A DNA stretch of 64,000 bases from Octopus sinensis (taxonomy: Eukaryota), in the NCBI RefSeq assembly GCF_006345805.1, contig NC_042997.1:199020001-199084000 (forward strand), given 5' to 3'. Position 1 is the stretch's first letter; the number at the start of each line of letters is the position of its first letter. A model generated the notes under the pieces. The model saw only the letters and a list, made by a program, of their open reading frames with translations. It was not told the DNA's origin and did not search any database. The translations under genes were made by a program, and so were the position numbers. Positions 52,145-63,905 of this stretch are shown here, in pieces.

Positions 52145-52334
52145 GCACATGCACACACAAGCTTCTTTCAGTTTCCATCTACCAAATCCACCCACAAGGC
52201 TTTAGTTGACCTTAACATATAGTAAATGACACTTTCCCAAGGTGCCACACAGTGGTTCTGAACACAGAGCCATATGGTTGGCAAGCAAGCTTCTTACCAC
52301 ACGCAGCCATTTCCATGCCATCAAAGAAGACAAT

Positions 52335-52530
52335 TGTTCTATTTTCTGTTATTTGTGTGAAAACTGTTGGCCAGACCTTTGAGTCTATCAATGACATTGT
52401 CTAAGGTGGCATGTACTTTTGCCAAGCGTTGTATTTTCAGCAACCATCGCTGGCAAATACAATTGACTGCTTTCCTATAATCAATGTCTCCTGTCACAAG
52501 CTTTCCTCATTGTTTTCCTGAGAAAGGACT
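52335..52530 (-). pseudogene. Non-LTR RT fragment, degenerate DxxKAFD motif region
   Basis: Minus strand LVTGDIDYRKAVNCICQRWLLKI...LDNVIDRLK, the segment expected just after GVWGC. Confidence 0.65.
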
Positions 52531-52996
52531 TTTACAAAGATATTGTTTTCCTTCATCCTCCAGAGTACAATATAAGCTTTATCAATACTTCCCCATTATA
52601 TTATTTATTTTATTTTTTTTCCAATAATAAATTTTTTTTTTCTAAGTATTTTATGTTCCAAAACAAATTAATTTTCCCTCAGAAACCTCCCCACATTTTT
52701 TTGTCATTTTTTCCCCCACAAAATGTTTGTAAACTTAAAATCCACTGTATTTTATGATCGTTATTAACTGTTCACTTGTGAGGCAGAGGCCGTTGATGTT
52801 TTTTCCAGTGGGTATAACGAAGATGTTTTTTTTCCAGCAGTATAATGAAGACATCAATAACAATTAACAAGTGTGAGGCTGGTTTCTTTCCTCCCTGATC
52901 ATCATCAAAATTATTATTTACTTAAGCACATGGTTTTGGGTTCAGTCCCAGGGCAAGTGCCTCTTACTATAGCCTCAGGCCGACCAAATCCTTATC

Positions 52997-53362
52997 GATG
53001 GTGAAACTCTTGTAAATGTGATCCAGAAACTCCAGGATGGAAAAACAACTGGAAGAGACTTGATTGTTGGACATTGGTACAAGAAGATAACATTGTACCG
53101 ACCATATCTTATCAATTTGTACCAACAAGCTTTCATTGGGAACAGTAGCATACCACACTGGTTGGCTTTGGCAGAGACAAAATTGATCCCCAAATGCAGA
53201 ACCACCCACATGGCAAAAAACCATTGGCCAATTGCATGCCAGAATTTAATGTATAATATATATACAGCATGTTTAAACCTCTTCCTCCAGGGCCATTGTG
53301 AAACCAATAACATTATCACAGCAGAACAAGCAGCGGGGAAGAAGGGAGTCTGGGGATGTTGC
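52997..53362 (+). pseudogene. Non-LTR reverse transcriptase fragment (R4/Dong-like RLE clade), early RT domains
   Basis: GKTTGRDLIVGHWYKK...IPHWL...TKLIPK...KNHWPIACQNLMYN...EQAAGKKGVWGC. Confidence 0.85.
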
Positions 53363-53659
53363 ATAGGTCATCCATGACTTTTCTCCAGCCTTCTTGAATC
53401 TGGGCTGTCTTCCTTTTCCAGGCTTTGTTGGTGTTTGAAGTATCATCGATGCTTCAGTAACTTTGATTTTGTTTAAGTTAGGCTGAATCAGTGACACGAA
53501 GTGATGTGCCCTACACAAGGACACAGTGTGGTTCCCTCATCTGTCAATTGTATGTATGACCTTATGGTTGTCAGCCCAACACCACAACACACACACACAT
53601 TTACAGGCACATATGCCTTGCCATGGGCCTTCAGCTTCTAATGCAGATGGAATTTTTAG

Positions 53660-54015
53660 ACTTACACAAATCAAATGGAAATTGTAGTTGTGATACCTGT
53701 GCCGGTGGCACGTTAAAAGCACCATTCGAATGTGGCCGATGCCAGCGCTGCCTTGACTGGCTTCCATGCTGGTGGCACGTAAAAAGCACCAACCAATTGT
53801 GGCCGTTGCCAGCCTCCCTTGGCACCTGTGCCGGTGGCATGTAAAAAGCACCCACTACACTCTCGGAGTGGTTGGCGTTAGGAAGGGCATCCAGCTGTAG
53901 AAACACTGCCAGATCAGACTGCAGCCTGGTGCAGCCTCCTGGCTTCCCAGACCCCAGTCAAACCGTCCAACCCATGCTACCATGGAAAACGGACGTTAAA
54001 TGATGATGATGATGA
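53660..54015 (+). mobile_element. SINE-like family S3 (internal minisatellite, RTE-like tail)
   Basis: Repeats of gtgccggtggcacgtaaaaagcacc, tail ggaagggcatccagctgtagaaac...gttaaa followed by (TGA)n. Confidence 0.85.
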
Positions 54016-54403
54016 CAACTTATACAATCCTGTTTTCATCTCAGGGAAGAGGTGGCCCTTATCAGTCTAGCCTCTCTCCTTTGACCTGCCCAGCATGGGA
54101 GACCCTACCAGGAGCTTTGCACTCCACTGGCACAGCTCTTAGGGTCATTGAGACATACAAGCCGCTACATCACAACATGGACAGGTCTTCATTGGAGGGT
54201 TCATTAAAAACAGCCTGTTCTTTAATGATGCTGATGGCAGAGAAGCTTCCAACAACACAAAGGAAACTACATTTCTATTGCTTTTTGGATCTTTACCTTT
54301 TGACCGACAGATTTAAAAAATAATTTTTTGTAACTAAACACTTTCAAACTTCGGACACTGGTAGAATGTGTCATATAAAACATCTTTTACTCTTAGCGTT
54401 TTT

Positions 54404-54571
54404 GAGTGGCTGTGTGGTAAGTAGCTTGCTTACCAGCCACATGGTTCCGGGTTCAGTCCCACTGCATGGCACCTTGGGCAAGTGTCTTCTACTATAGCCT
54501 CGGGCTGACAAAAACCTTGTGAGTGGATTTGGTAGATGGAAACTGAAAGAAGCCTGTCGTATATATATATT

Positions 54572-54611
<40 letters not shown>

Positions 54612-54988
54612 ATCCAAACATGAAAACACATAGAGAAAACACAACAATGCGAGGATGTGGAACAAGTATAGTGTTATTGGATGCTCAGGAAAGGAAAGAT
54701 CCAAGGGAGGGAAGATGGAGGAAAAAAATCACCAACAGTACACACGTGGTCACATATATATGTGTGTGTGTGTGTGTGTATGTTTGTGTGTCTGTGTTTG
54801 TCCCCCAAACATTGCTTGGCAACCGATGCTGGTGTGTTTACGTCCCTGTAACCTAGCGGTTTGGCAAAAGAGACCAATAAAGTAAGTACTAGGCTTACAA
54901 AGAATAAGTCCTGGGGTCGATTTTCTCGACTTAAAAAGCTGTGCTCCAGCATGGCCACAGTCAAATGACTGAAACCAGTAAAAGAGTA
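54404..54988 (+). mobile_element. SINE S1 containing deleted element C
   Basis: Matches S1. Confidence 0.9.
54608..54755 (-). mobile_element. Element C lacking the hammerhead module
   Basis: Aligns to the reverse complement of 30212-30405 with about 55 bp missing; flanked by (TA)n. Confidence 0.7.
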
Positions 54989-55178
54989 GAGTATGAGATG
55001 AGATGGTACATGCATGCATTTATATAAGTGCTTTACTAGCCATCTCTGAAAACATGTGGTTTATTACATATTATAACAAATATAATCTTTTATTTTATTA
55101 TATAATCTGTAAAAACTAAATGAAGTGTTTGTTTGTTTTGTTTTTTACTAATGATCCTTTGTTTTGTGTTACTTTCAG

Positions 55179-55226
55179 CTGCACAAGTGCCAGGCGAAGA
55201 ACTTGAACAAACAAAATATATTGAAG
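55179..55226 (+). CDS. Candidate 48-nt phase 1-1 exon, (A)AQVPGEELEQTKYIE(G), host gene unidentified
   Basis: tactaat branch-like site, tttgttttgtgttactttcag acceptor, AAG|gtaaat donor, open frame, more GC-rich than its flanks. Confidence 0.55.
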
Positions 55227-55544
55227 GTAAATCTTGATAAAATATTCCTTATACATTCAGTCGTGATGTGAGAGTTGTTTCCTTTTCCTTATGTTGCAGG
55301 TAAGATTTTTATGAGGTCATAAAATTAATATCTTTCAAAAACAGATTTTCTCCTGTTCGTTTTACAGACATTTAAATCACTCCAATAACTGCAAAAAAAA
55401 AAAAAGGAAGAACAACAAAAAAAAAAAAACCAATCCAATTTCATTATTTTCAATGCAGCAAATCTGATTGCGTATATATCTTTTTTTTAATCCCAAGATC
55501 CATATCAAAACACTTCTCAGAATGTATGACTATAGGACCACTAA

Positions 55545-55765
55545 TATTCTTTTCTACTCTAGGCACAAGGTCCAAAATTTTGGTGAGGAGGGGGCCAGTT
55601 GATTAGACCGACCCTAGTGCATAATTGGTACTTAATTTATCGACCCTGAAAGAATGAAAGGCAGAGTCGACCTCAGCGGAATTTGAACTCAGAACGTAAA
55701 GACTGACGAAATACTGCAAAGCATTTTGCCTGGCATGCTAACATTTCTGCCAGCTCTCTGCCTTT
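55545..55765 (-). mobile_element. SINE S2
   Basis: Matches S2. Confidence 0.85.
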
Positions 55766-55787
55766 AGAACCACTATATTAGACAGGT

Positions 55788-56234
55788 TATTAACCCTTTC
55801 GTTACCAGCCCAGCTGAAACCAGCTCTGGCTCTGAGTGCAAATGTCTTGTTTTCATAAGTTTTGAATTAAAATCTTCCACCAAACCTTAGTTACAATCTA
55901 TGTTCCAAACACTAGCTTAACCGTAACTAAGTTATTTTACTAAATTCTTTATTATATTTAACATAATTGAAAGAAACACAGAGCATCTCAAAATAAATAC
56001 GGTAATGAAAGAGTTAAGGCAGGGAGCTGGCAGAATCATTAACATACTAGGCACAATGCTTAGCAGCCCTTTGTCCATCTTTACATTCCTAGTTCAAATT
56101 CCCCTGAGGTTGACTTTGCCTTTCATCCTTTTGGTGGTTGATAAAATAAGTACCTGTTGAGTACTGGGGGGTCGAAGTACTTGACTTAACCCCCTCCCCC
56201 AAAATTGCTGGCCTTGTCCCAAAATTTGAAATCA
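55788..56234 (+). mobile_element. SINE S2 with a MITE nested at its 5' end
   Basis: 13-bp TSD atattagacaggt at 55775-55787 and 56235-56247. Confidence 0.85.
55794..56013. mobile_element. piggyBac-type MITE (220 bp)
   Basis: TTAA-ccctttcgttacc...ggtaatgaaagag-TTAA: imperfect TIRs with a TTAA duplication. Confidence 0.85.
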
Positions 56235-56579
56235 ATATTAGACAGGTCACTGAGTGCACAGTAGACTCTCTTCCTAATTGTCTCTGTTCATAATTATTAT
56301 ATTATTACAGGGGCTTCATTTCTTTAATGGGAATATTATGTTACTGTCTGTGAGTAGCGATAAAACAAAGGCCATAACTTTTCGGTAACCTGATATCATG
56401 ATTGTTATAGCATTGTGATAATGTAGCAATGATGAAGATAAGAATCATAAATATGAAGTAATTTTGTATTGTTAAATCAAATGATGCTGAAAATGTTGCT
56501 GAAACTATCAATTACACTCGCTAATATTTTTATATATTCTCTTAAAAAGAGTGAACAACGCATACATGTTTGCATGCGC

Positions 56580-56876
56580 ATACACAAACGTACATATATA
56601 TATATATATATATATAATATATATATATATATATGTATCTATGTATGCTGTTATATGAATTACATTATGCTGGTATGTCTCTGTGTAAATGTATTAATGT
56701 GATTATATGTGTGTAAATGTGTGTGTGTGTATATATGTATGTGTAAATATATATGTATGTATATATGTATGTTATATATATATGTATATATGTATGTATA
56801 TATGTATGTGTATATATATGTATGTATATATGTATGTGTATATATATGTATGTATATATGTATGTGTATATATATG

Positions 56877-56928
<52 letters not shown>

Positions 56929-57786
56929 TATATGTGTATATATGTATGTATATATGTGTATATATGTGTATATATGTATGTATATATGTGTATATATGTA
57001 TGTATATATGTGTATATATGTATGTATATATGTGTATATATGTGTATATATGTGTATATATGTATGTATATATGTGTATATATATATGTATATATATATG
57101 TATGTATGTATATATATATGTATGTGTGTATATATATATATATGTATGTATGTGTATATGTATGTGTGTATATATATATGTATGTATGTATGTATATATG
57201 TATATATGTATGTATGTATATATGTATGTGTATGTATATATATATATGTATGTATGTATGTATATATGTATGTGTGTGTATATGTATGTATGTATATATG
57301 TATGTGTGTGTATATGTATATGTATGTATATATATGTGTGTGTATATATATATATGTATGTATGTATATATGTGTGTGTATATATATATATGTATGTATG
57401 TATATATGTGTGTGTATATATATATATGTATGTATATATGTATGTGTGTATATATATATATATATGTATGTGTATATAGATATATGTATGTATATATGTA
57501 TGTGTATATAGATATATGTATGTATATATGTATGTGTATATAGATATATGTATGTATATATGTATGTGTATATATATATATATATATGTATGTATGTGTA
57601 TATAGATATATGTATGTATATATGTATGTGTATATATGTATGTATGTATATATGTATGTGTATATATATATATATGTATGTATGTATGTATATATGTATG
57701 TATGTATATATGTATGTGTATATATATATATATGTATGTATGTATATATGTATGTATGTATATATGTATGTATGTATGTATATATG

Positions 57787-57817
<31 letters not shown>

Positions 57818-58057
57818 GTATATATGTATGTATGTTATATGTATGTATGTATATATGTATGTGTGTATATATATATATATATGTATGTATGTGTATATGT
57901 ATGTGTGTATATATATATGTATGTATGTATATATGTATGTGTGTATATATGTATGTATATATATATGTATGTATGTATATATATATGTATGTATATATGT
58001 ATGTGTATATATATATATGTATGTATGTGTATATGTATGTATGTATATGTGTGTGTG
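56580..58057. repeat. Compound (TA)/(TG)/(TATG) microsatellite of about 1.5 kb
   Basis: Directly visible; source of the spurious 140-455 aa ORFs. Confidence 0.98.
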
Positions 58058-58613
58058 AGTTATTAGAGTGATGGATAGACTGCCTTCCAGTAGTCATTCT
58101 GGCCCTCTGTGGTCTGAGTTCAAATGCTACCATTGCCACCTTTAATATTTATTCCTGCAGGGTTCACAGATAAACGTCCGATCCTTAACCAGGGTTGATA
58201 CACTTCAAAGAAATTGGATATAATCACTCCTGGAAAGGGTTGGAATCAATTAAATCTTAAAATGCCAGCTGTATTAGGAGTTGAAGACCCATGGCAAAGC
58301 ATATGTGTGTATACATGTGTATGAACATGTGTGTGCATGTATGTACATGTGTATGAACATGTGTGTGCGTGTGTGTGCTAATAGTGGTTTGGGTGATGGT
58401 CTGACAATCGTAAGGTCATACATTTGATTCTCAGATGAGGGTCCCACCTTATGCCTTATGCCCTTCTGTAGGACCCATCATATTACTGATTCAGCTGAAA
58501 ATGTGTACCACTGACAACTAATAATGCAGGTAGGATGAAGACCAGCGAAATAATAGTGATGGTACAGTATACTGAGAAGGGATGAGAGAGAGGGAGAGAG
58601 AGATGGTATATGA

Positions 58614-59035
58614 AGGCGGCGAGCTGGCAGAAACGTTAGCACACCGGGCAGAATGCTTAGCCGTATTTCGGCTGCCGTTACATTCTAAGTTCAAATTCCG
58701 CCGAGGTCAACTTTGCCTTTTATTCTTTCAGCGTCAATAAATTAAGTACCAGTTACGCACTGGGGTCGATATAATCAACGTAATCCGTTTGTCTGTCCTT
58801 GTTTGTCCCCTTTGTGTTTAGCCCCTTGTGGGTAGTAAAGAAATAGGTATTTCGTCTGTCACTACATTCTGAGTTCAAATTCCGTCGAGGTCGACTTTGC
58901 CTTTAATCTTTTCGGGGTTGATAAATTAAGTATCAGTTACGCACTGGTGTTGATGTAATCGACTTAATCCGTTTGTCTGTCCTTGTTTGTCCCCTCTGTG
59001 TTTAGCCCCCTTGTGGGTAGTAAAGAGATAGGTAT
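58614..59035 (+). mobile_element. SINE S2 dimer
   Basis: Matches S2. Confidence 0.9.
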
Positions 59036-59534
59036 GTAGTTGGTTGGGTTGCAAGAGTTGGGGGTGGAAGTAGGTCTGGTACATGAGAAGAACGAGAGGC
59101 TTATAGTGGTGGAAATAGGCATACAATTATGAGTGTGTGTGTGTGTGTGCTGATGGATGATAAAAGAAAGGCTGGTGAGAGATTGAGCAACTCACACATA
59201 CTTATCAAATTGGATCTCCTTGTAGTATGTATGCTACAACAAGGAATTAATACAGATTTCTGTCATATAAGGGCTTGATTTTGTGTAAACATTCTCATTT
59301 GCTAAGATGAAGGGCATATTTTAATATCATATGATTCCTAAAGTGTCCCAACTAAGCTGAAATTGTGATCCTTCAGTTATTAGATCCACGTTTTCAATGG
59401 TGCCCTGCTCTCTCTCCTATTTCATCACAATCCACAGGCTGGAACCAGTAAAAGAAATCTACTTGATAAAAATATTTTGTAAATAAAGACCGATAATAAG
59501 ATAACAAATTGGCAGTCATTCATGAATCAGATTG

Positions 59535-59764
59535 ACGGCGAGCTGGCAGAATCGTTAGCACGCCGGACGAAATGCTTAGCAGTATTTCGTCTGCTGCTAC
59601 GTTCTGAGTTCAAATTCCACCTAGGTCGACTTTGCCTTTCATCCTTTCGGGGTCGATAAATTAAGTACCAGTTACGCACTGGGGTCAATATAGTCGACTT
59701 AACCTGTTTGTCTGTCCTTCTTTGTCCCCTCTGTGTTTAGCCCCTTGTGGGTAGTAAAGAAATA
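59535..59764 (+). mobile_element. SINE S2
   Basis: Matches S2. Confidence 0.9.
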
Positions 59765-60231
59765 AGATTGAATTCTTCTTGGTAATTGTTCATGTTCTCT
59801 GTGCTTTGACATCAAATTGAGTGATGGGTGATTTTGTCTTTCATCTTCTTGGGGTCAAAAATACCTGTCTGAGACAGTGAATTGGCAGAACTGGAAGAAT
59901 TTCAGATCAAATACCTGGTGGTATTTCTTCTGGTTCTCTATGTTCTTAACCAAATTCCACCTAGATGCCCAGAAAGCACCCTCATCAATCTGCAAGCCTA
60001 GGGTAGGGATTAAAGCCAACATCAAACTGACGGTGCTGAGTGGAATTGATGGAGGGGAGGAATCTTCCTCCAGGTTAAGAGAGAAGTTGCCTGATAAAAG
60101 AATGAATAAATGATTAAGAAATCTCATTAACTGATTCCTCAGACCTGATTTTGTACTAAGTTATACCATCTCGTTTTGATTTTCTATTTATACAAATAAG
60201 AGAATTATTTACGCATTTTTTTTTTCTCAAA

Positions 60232-60761
60232 ATGGATGAAGATTTAGATATATTCAGCAATCACGAAAGCAATTTTTCATTTCATGACCTGGAAAGCTCT
60301 GGGGATGAATTAGACACATGGAGTTCAAACTCTGACAATTTTTCAGAAGATGACAAAAAAGATAATAAGATTGATGCACGTGCATGGCACGAGATCAATT
60401 GCTTGTCCGATTCGAAGAGAAAGCAGATACATGTGTGATGTCTGCAAGATAACTTTGTGTGTAACTCCTTGTTTTAAAAATTATCGTTCTAAATAAACTA
60501 TCTCATTTCTTTTTAAATTTTCCTTTGATTTAAAAGCAATACATCTTATAAAAAATCGAAGAGAGTTAAGTTATATGTATTTTTCAATGTCTGAGTTAAC
60601 TCATTTAAATCCAAATGAGTAAAAAGTACATTTTAATTTCTATAATAAAAATTAAAGGAAACAAGATAAAAATAAACTTTTTTTGTAATTAACACAATGT
60701 ATATAATTAAAAAATATGCTCTGAAATGAAACGCCATGTCAAAATAATTGACCCATAGGGG
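60232..60761 (+). mobile_element. Internally deleted piggyBac transposon
   Basis: Acidic N-terminus (ORF 60232) fused out of frame to the cysteine-rich C-terminus RRESRYMCDVCKITLCVTPCFKNYRSK* (60413-60496); right end ...cccatagggg then TTAA (60762-60765). Left TIR not found. Confidence 0.8.
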
Positions 60762-61486
60762 TTAAACATTAAAAGTGCCTTCGTTTCCAGACAATTTTCC
60801 TCTATTTATAAAGAAATGTTTAAAATATCGCCAACCAGGCTGACACAGTGCAAGGGGGATAACTAAGAAGGTTTGTGGAAGAGTAATTCACCTGAATCCA
60901 TATCGGCTTCGATTTGACAGAGAAAGATTTTTAAAAGATTAGCGTTAAAATAAAATTTGTGTTTTAATTAATATAACTAATTGCCCTTAAAGCTGAACAG
61001 CAGGACATTTAACTTTTTTCCATAAAATGAAACATATGTAAATGTATAAAATTAATGAAAATCATTTTAAATCCGTTAGTGATATAATAACGACTTTCTG
61101 CTGAGATGAGTTAAAAAGAAAAAAAAGGTAATTGTGACAATGGATTTCTTGTTAGTATTCCTTGGTAAAATTATATTTGTGATCCGAAGTTGTTAAAATT
61201 TCTATAATTAACTTAATTTCGTCGTTTTTTACTCTTCATTTATTTACATATTTTTTTTCTTTTTACTTTGTTTTTGCACTTATCTTTCTAAGATTTGTGC
61301 TTATAAAGTGACTAATTTCATTTTTTTCTTTTTTAAGATAATTTTTCAAATTATTAGAAAAAAAAACGCTATGAAGTATTCTTTAAGTTTGCTTATTTAT
61401 TTAACCGATACTTTGTTTTCTTTTATAGAATAAATTTATTTATTTTTTAAAATTCTTATCTTCATATTCAGTGGATTAAATCAAGA

Positions 61487-61524
<38 letters not shown>

Positions 61525-62070
61525 AATTATCGTGTATTGTACTCAGGTGCACAACAACTCGTCAAAGGTGCCTGTACAGTACATAGAATTATGTACAAAA
61601 GTGAACAGTGTATGGAGTCATGATATACATGTGTGCATGCATATGGAGGCAGGATATCAGGTGTAGTGTTGGTGAATTTCAGGAAGCATGGAGGTTTTAA
61701 AGGACGCAATGTCTCTGCAACTAACAGCTGATGCAGGTAGTTTGTTCCATGCTTCAGCACCTCTGAGTGTCAAAAAATGTTTTCAAAAGTCATGGGAGCT
61801 GTGCTGTTCTCTGACTTTGTGGGCATGCCCACATGTGTGTTAGACACATGGAGCTCACAAAGGTGCTCAAGGTGGTTGTTGGTGTGATGGTTAATAATTT
61901 TGTGGGTGTTTACCAAGTCAGCTGCCAGATGTTGGAGCTTCAATGTATCTATTCCCAGGGAAGCAAGGCGTTCAGAGTATGGTAGCTGCCTGATGGCGGG
62001 TACTCGCTTGGTTGCACGTCTCTGAACAGTTTCCAGGAGGTCAATATTCCTGTTCTCTGTGATTTTTCTT
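61525..62070 (-). mobile_element. CR1-type LINE 3' end
   Basis: DLLETVQRRATKRVPAIRQLPYSERLASLGIDTLK in ORF 61770-62108. Confidence 0.9.
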
Positions 62071-62226
62071 TGAGTGGCTGTGTGATAAGTAGCTTGTTTA
62101 CCAACCACATGGTTCTGGATTCAGTCCCACTGCATGGCACCTTGGGCAAGTGTCTTCTATTATAGCCTCAGGCAGACCAAAGCCTTGTGAGTGGATTTGG
62201 TAGACGGAAACTGAAAGAAGCCCGTC

Positions 62227-62295
<69 letters not shown>

Positions 62296-62490
62296 GTATA
62301 TGTTTGTTTGTCCCCCCACCATTGCTTGACAACCGATGCTGGTGTGTTTATGTCCCCGTAATTTAGTGGTTCGGCAAGAGAGACTGACAGAATAAGTACT
62401 AGGCTTACAAAGAATAAGTCCTGGGGTCGATTTGCTCGACTAAAGGTGGCACTCCAGCATGGCCAGTCAAATGACTGAAACAAATAAGAG
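62070..62490 (+). mobile_element. SINE S1
   Basis: Matches S1. Confidence 0.9.
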
Positions 62491-62849
62491 AGTTAATCAA
62501 TAAATTAAGTCATGCAATCTATTTCCAATTCTGTCTTGAATTGTTCTTTTTCTTCTTCAATCAGAGGGTATCCCTATTTTCTACATGATTTGTACTGAAG
62601 CATTCAAGAAATAGTATTCCCTATTTTAGAGTCCCTGTACCCCAAAGTTTTTTCATTCAGGTAAAAGAATATATAACTGAAATAAAATTAAAAAATTTTT
62701 ATTGAAGAGATTGTAGCAATATAGAAATAAATTCTGAATTAGTGACTCTAAGTTAGGATGAAATGAGAAATTGTCAGGTAGTGAATTTGTCAGAGTTTAA
62801 TAATACTTTAAAGCACATTATAGAAATAAAAGATAAAATTTCAGATGTG

Positions 62850-63120
62850 GATAATTGTGGTTTGTTCCTTCTCAAGCCATGCATGGCTCATAAGGGCCAG
62901 TTTCCCCAGTTTTGTCACAGGTGAGCTGCAAGATGCAGGAGGAAATAGTGAGAGAAAGTTGTGGCGAAAGAGTCAGCAGAAGTTTGCCATTACCTTCTGC
63001 TGGAGCCGCGTGAAGCTTAGGTGTTTCACTCATAAACACACACATCACCCAGTTTGAGATTTGAACCCACAATCCCTCGATTGCAAGTCTGCTGCTCTAA
63101 CCACTGGGCCATGCGCCTCT
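62850..63120 (-). mobile_element. SINE S4
   Basis: Reverse-complement match to 9687-9990. Confidence 0.85.
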
Positions 63121-63376
63121 ATGATGCGGATAATTAGTGGGGAATTATTTAATTTTGGAATCTAACTCACATTTTATATTATCATTCTATAGTAAATAAT
63201 AAATTTAAAATATTTGATTAATCTAATTTAGAATTTGGTGGTGAGGTCATAGATTCATTACGGTATCGGATAGAATGCCACATGGTAGTTATTCAAGTTC
63301 TGTGGGTTTTGAGTTCAAAGTCCACTGCGGCCAACTTTATTTTTTATCCTTTCAAGGTTGATAAATAAAAGATATT

Positions 63377-63379
<3 letters not shown>

Positions 63380-63462
<83 letters not shown>

Positions 63463-63816
63463 ATCTCTATCTATCTATCTATCTATCTGTGATAATGATC
63501 CCTATTGATCGATTTTTTCTTTTTCCTTTTCTTTTTATCCTCCCCCTTTTTTTCTTTCTTCTTTCATTCCTTTTACGATCCAAAACCCCCTTTTTTTTAT
63601 CCCCAAAAAGAAAAGCTCTACCTTGTAATTTGTCCCGTCTGTGTGCAGCCCTGTGTGGCTAATAAAGAAACATATCTATATCTATCTGTCTATCTATTTA
63701 TTTATATCTATCTATCTATCTATATCTATCTATCTATCTATATCTATCTATCTATTTATCTGTCTGTCTGTTTATATCTATCTATATCTATCTATCTATC
63801 TATCTATTTATATCTA

Positions 63817-63849
<33 letters not shown>

Positions 63850-63905
63850 ATCTATCTATATCTATCTATCTATCTATATCTATCTATCTATCTCTATCTA
63901 TCTGA
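63380..63905. repeat. (CT)n and (TCTA/TCTG)n arrays
   Basis: Directly visible. Confidence 0.95.

Noticed and set aside
56707-58139. ORFs of 140-455 aa
   Set aside because: Translations of the (TA/TG)n microsatellite.
1866-62483. Recurrent ORFs containing RASFSFRLPNPLTRLWSARG or FLQLDALPNANH
   Set aside because: These are S1 and S3 SINE sequences read in frame, not a gene family.
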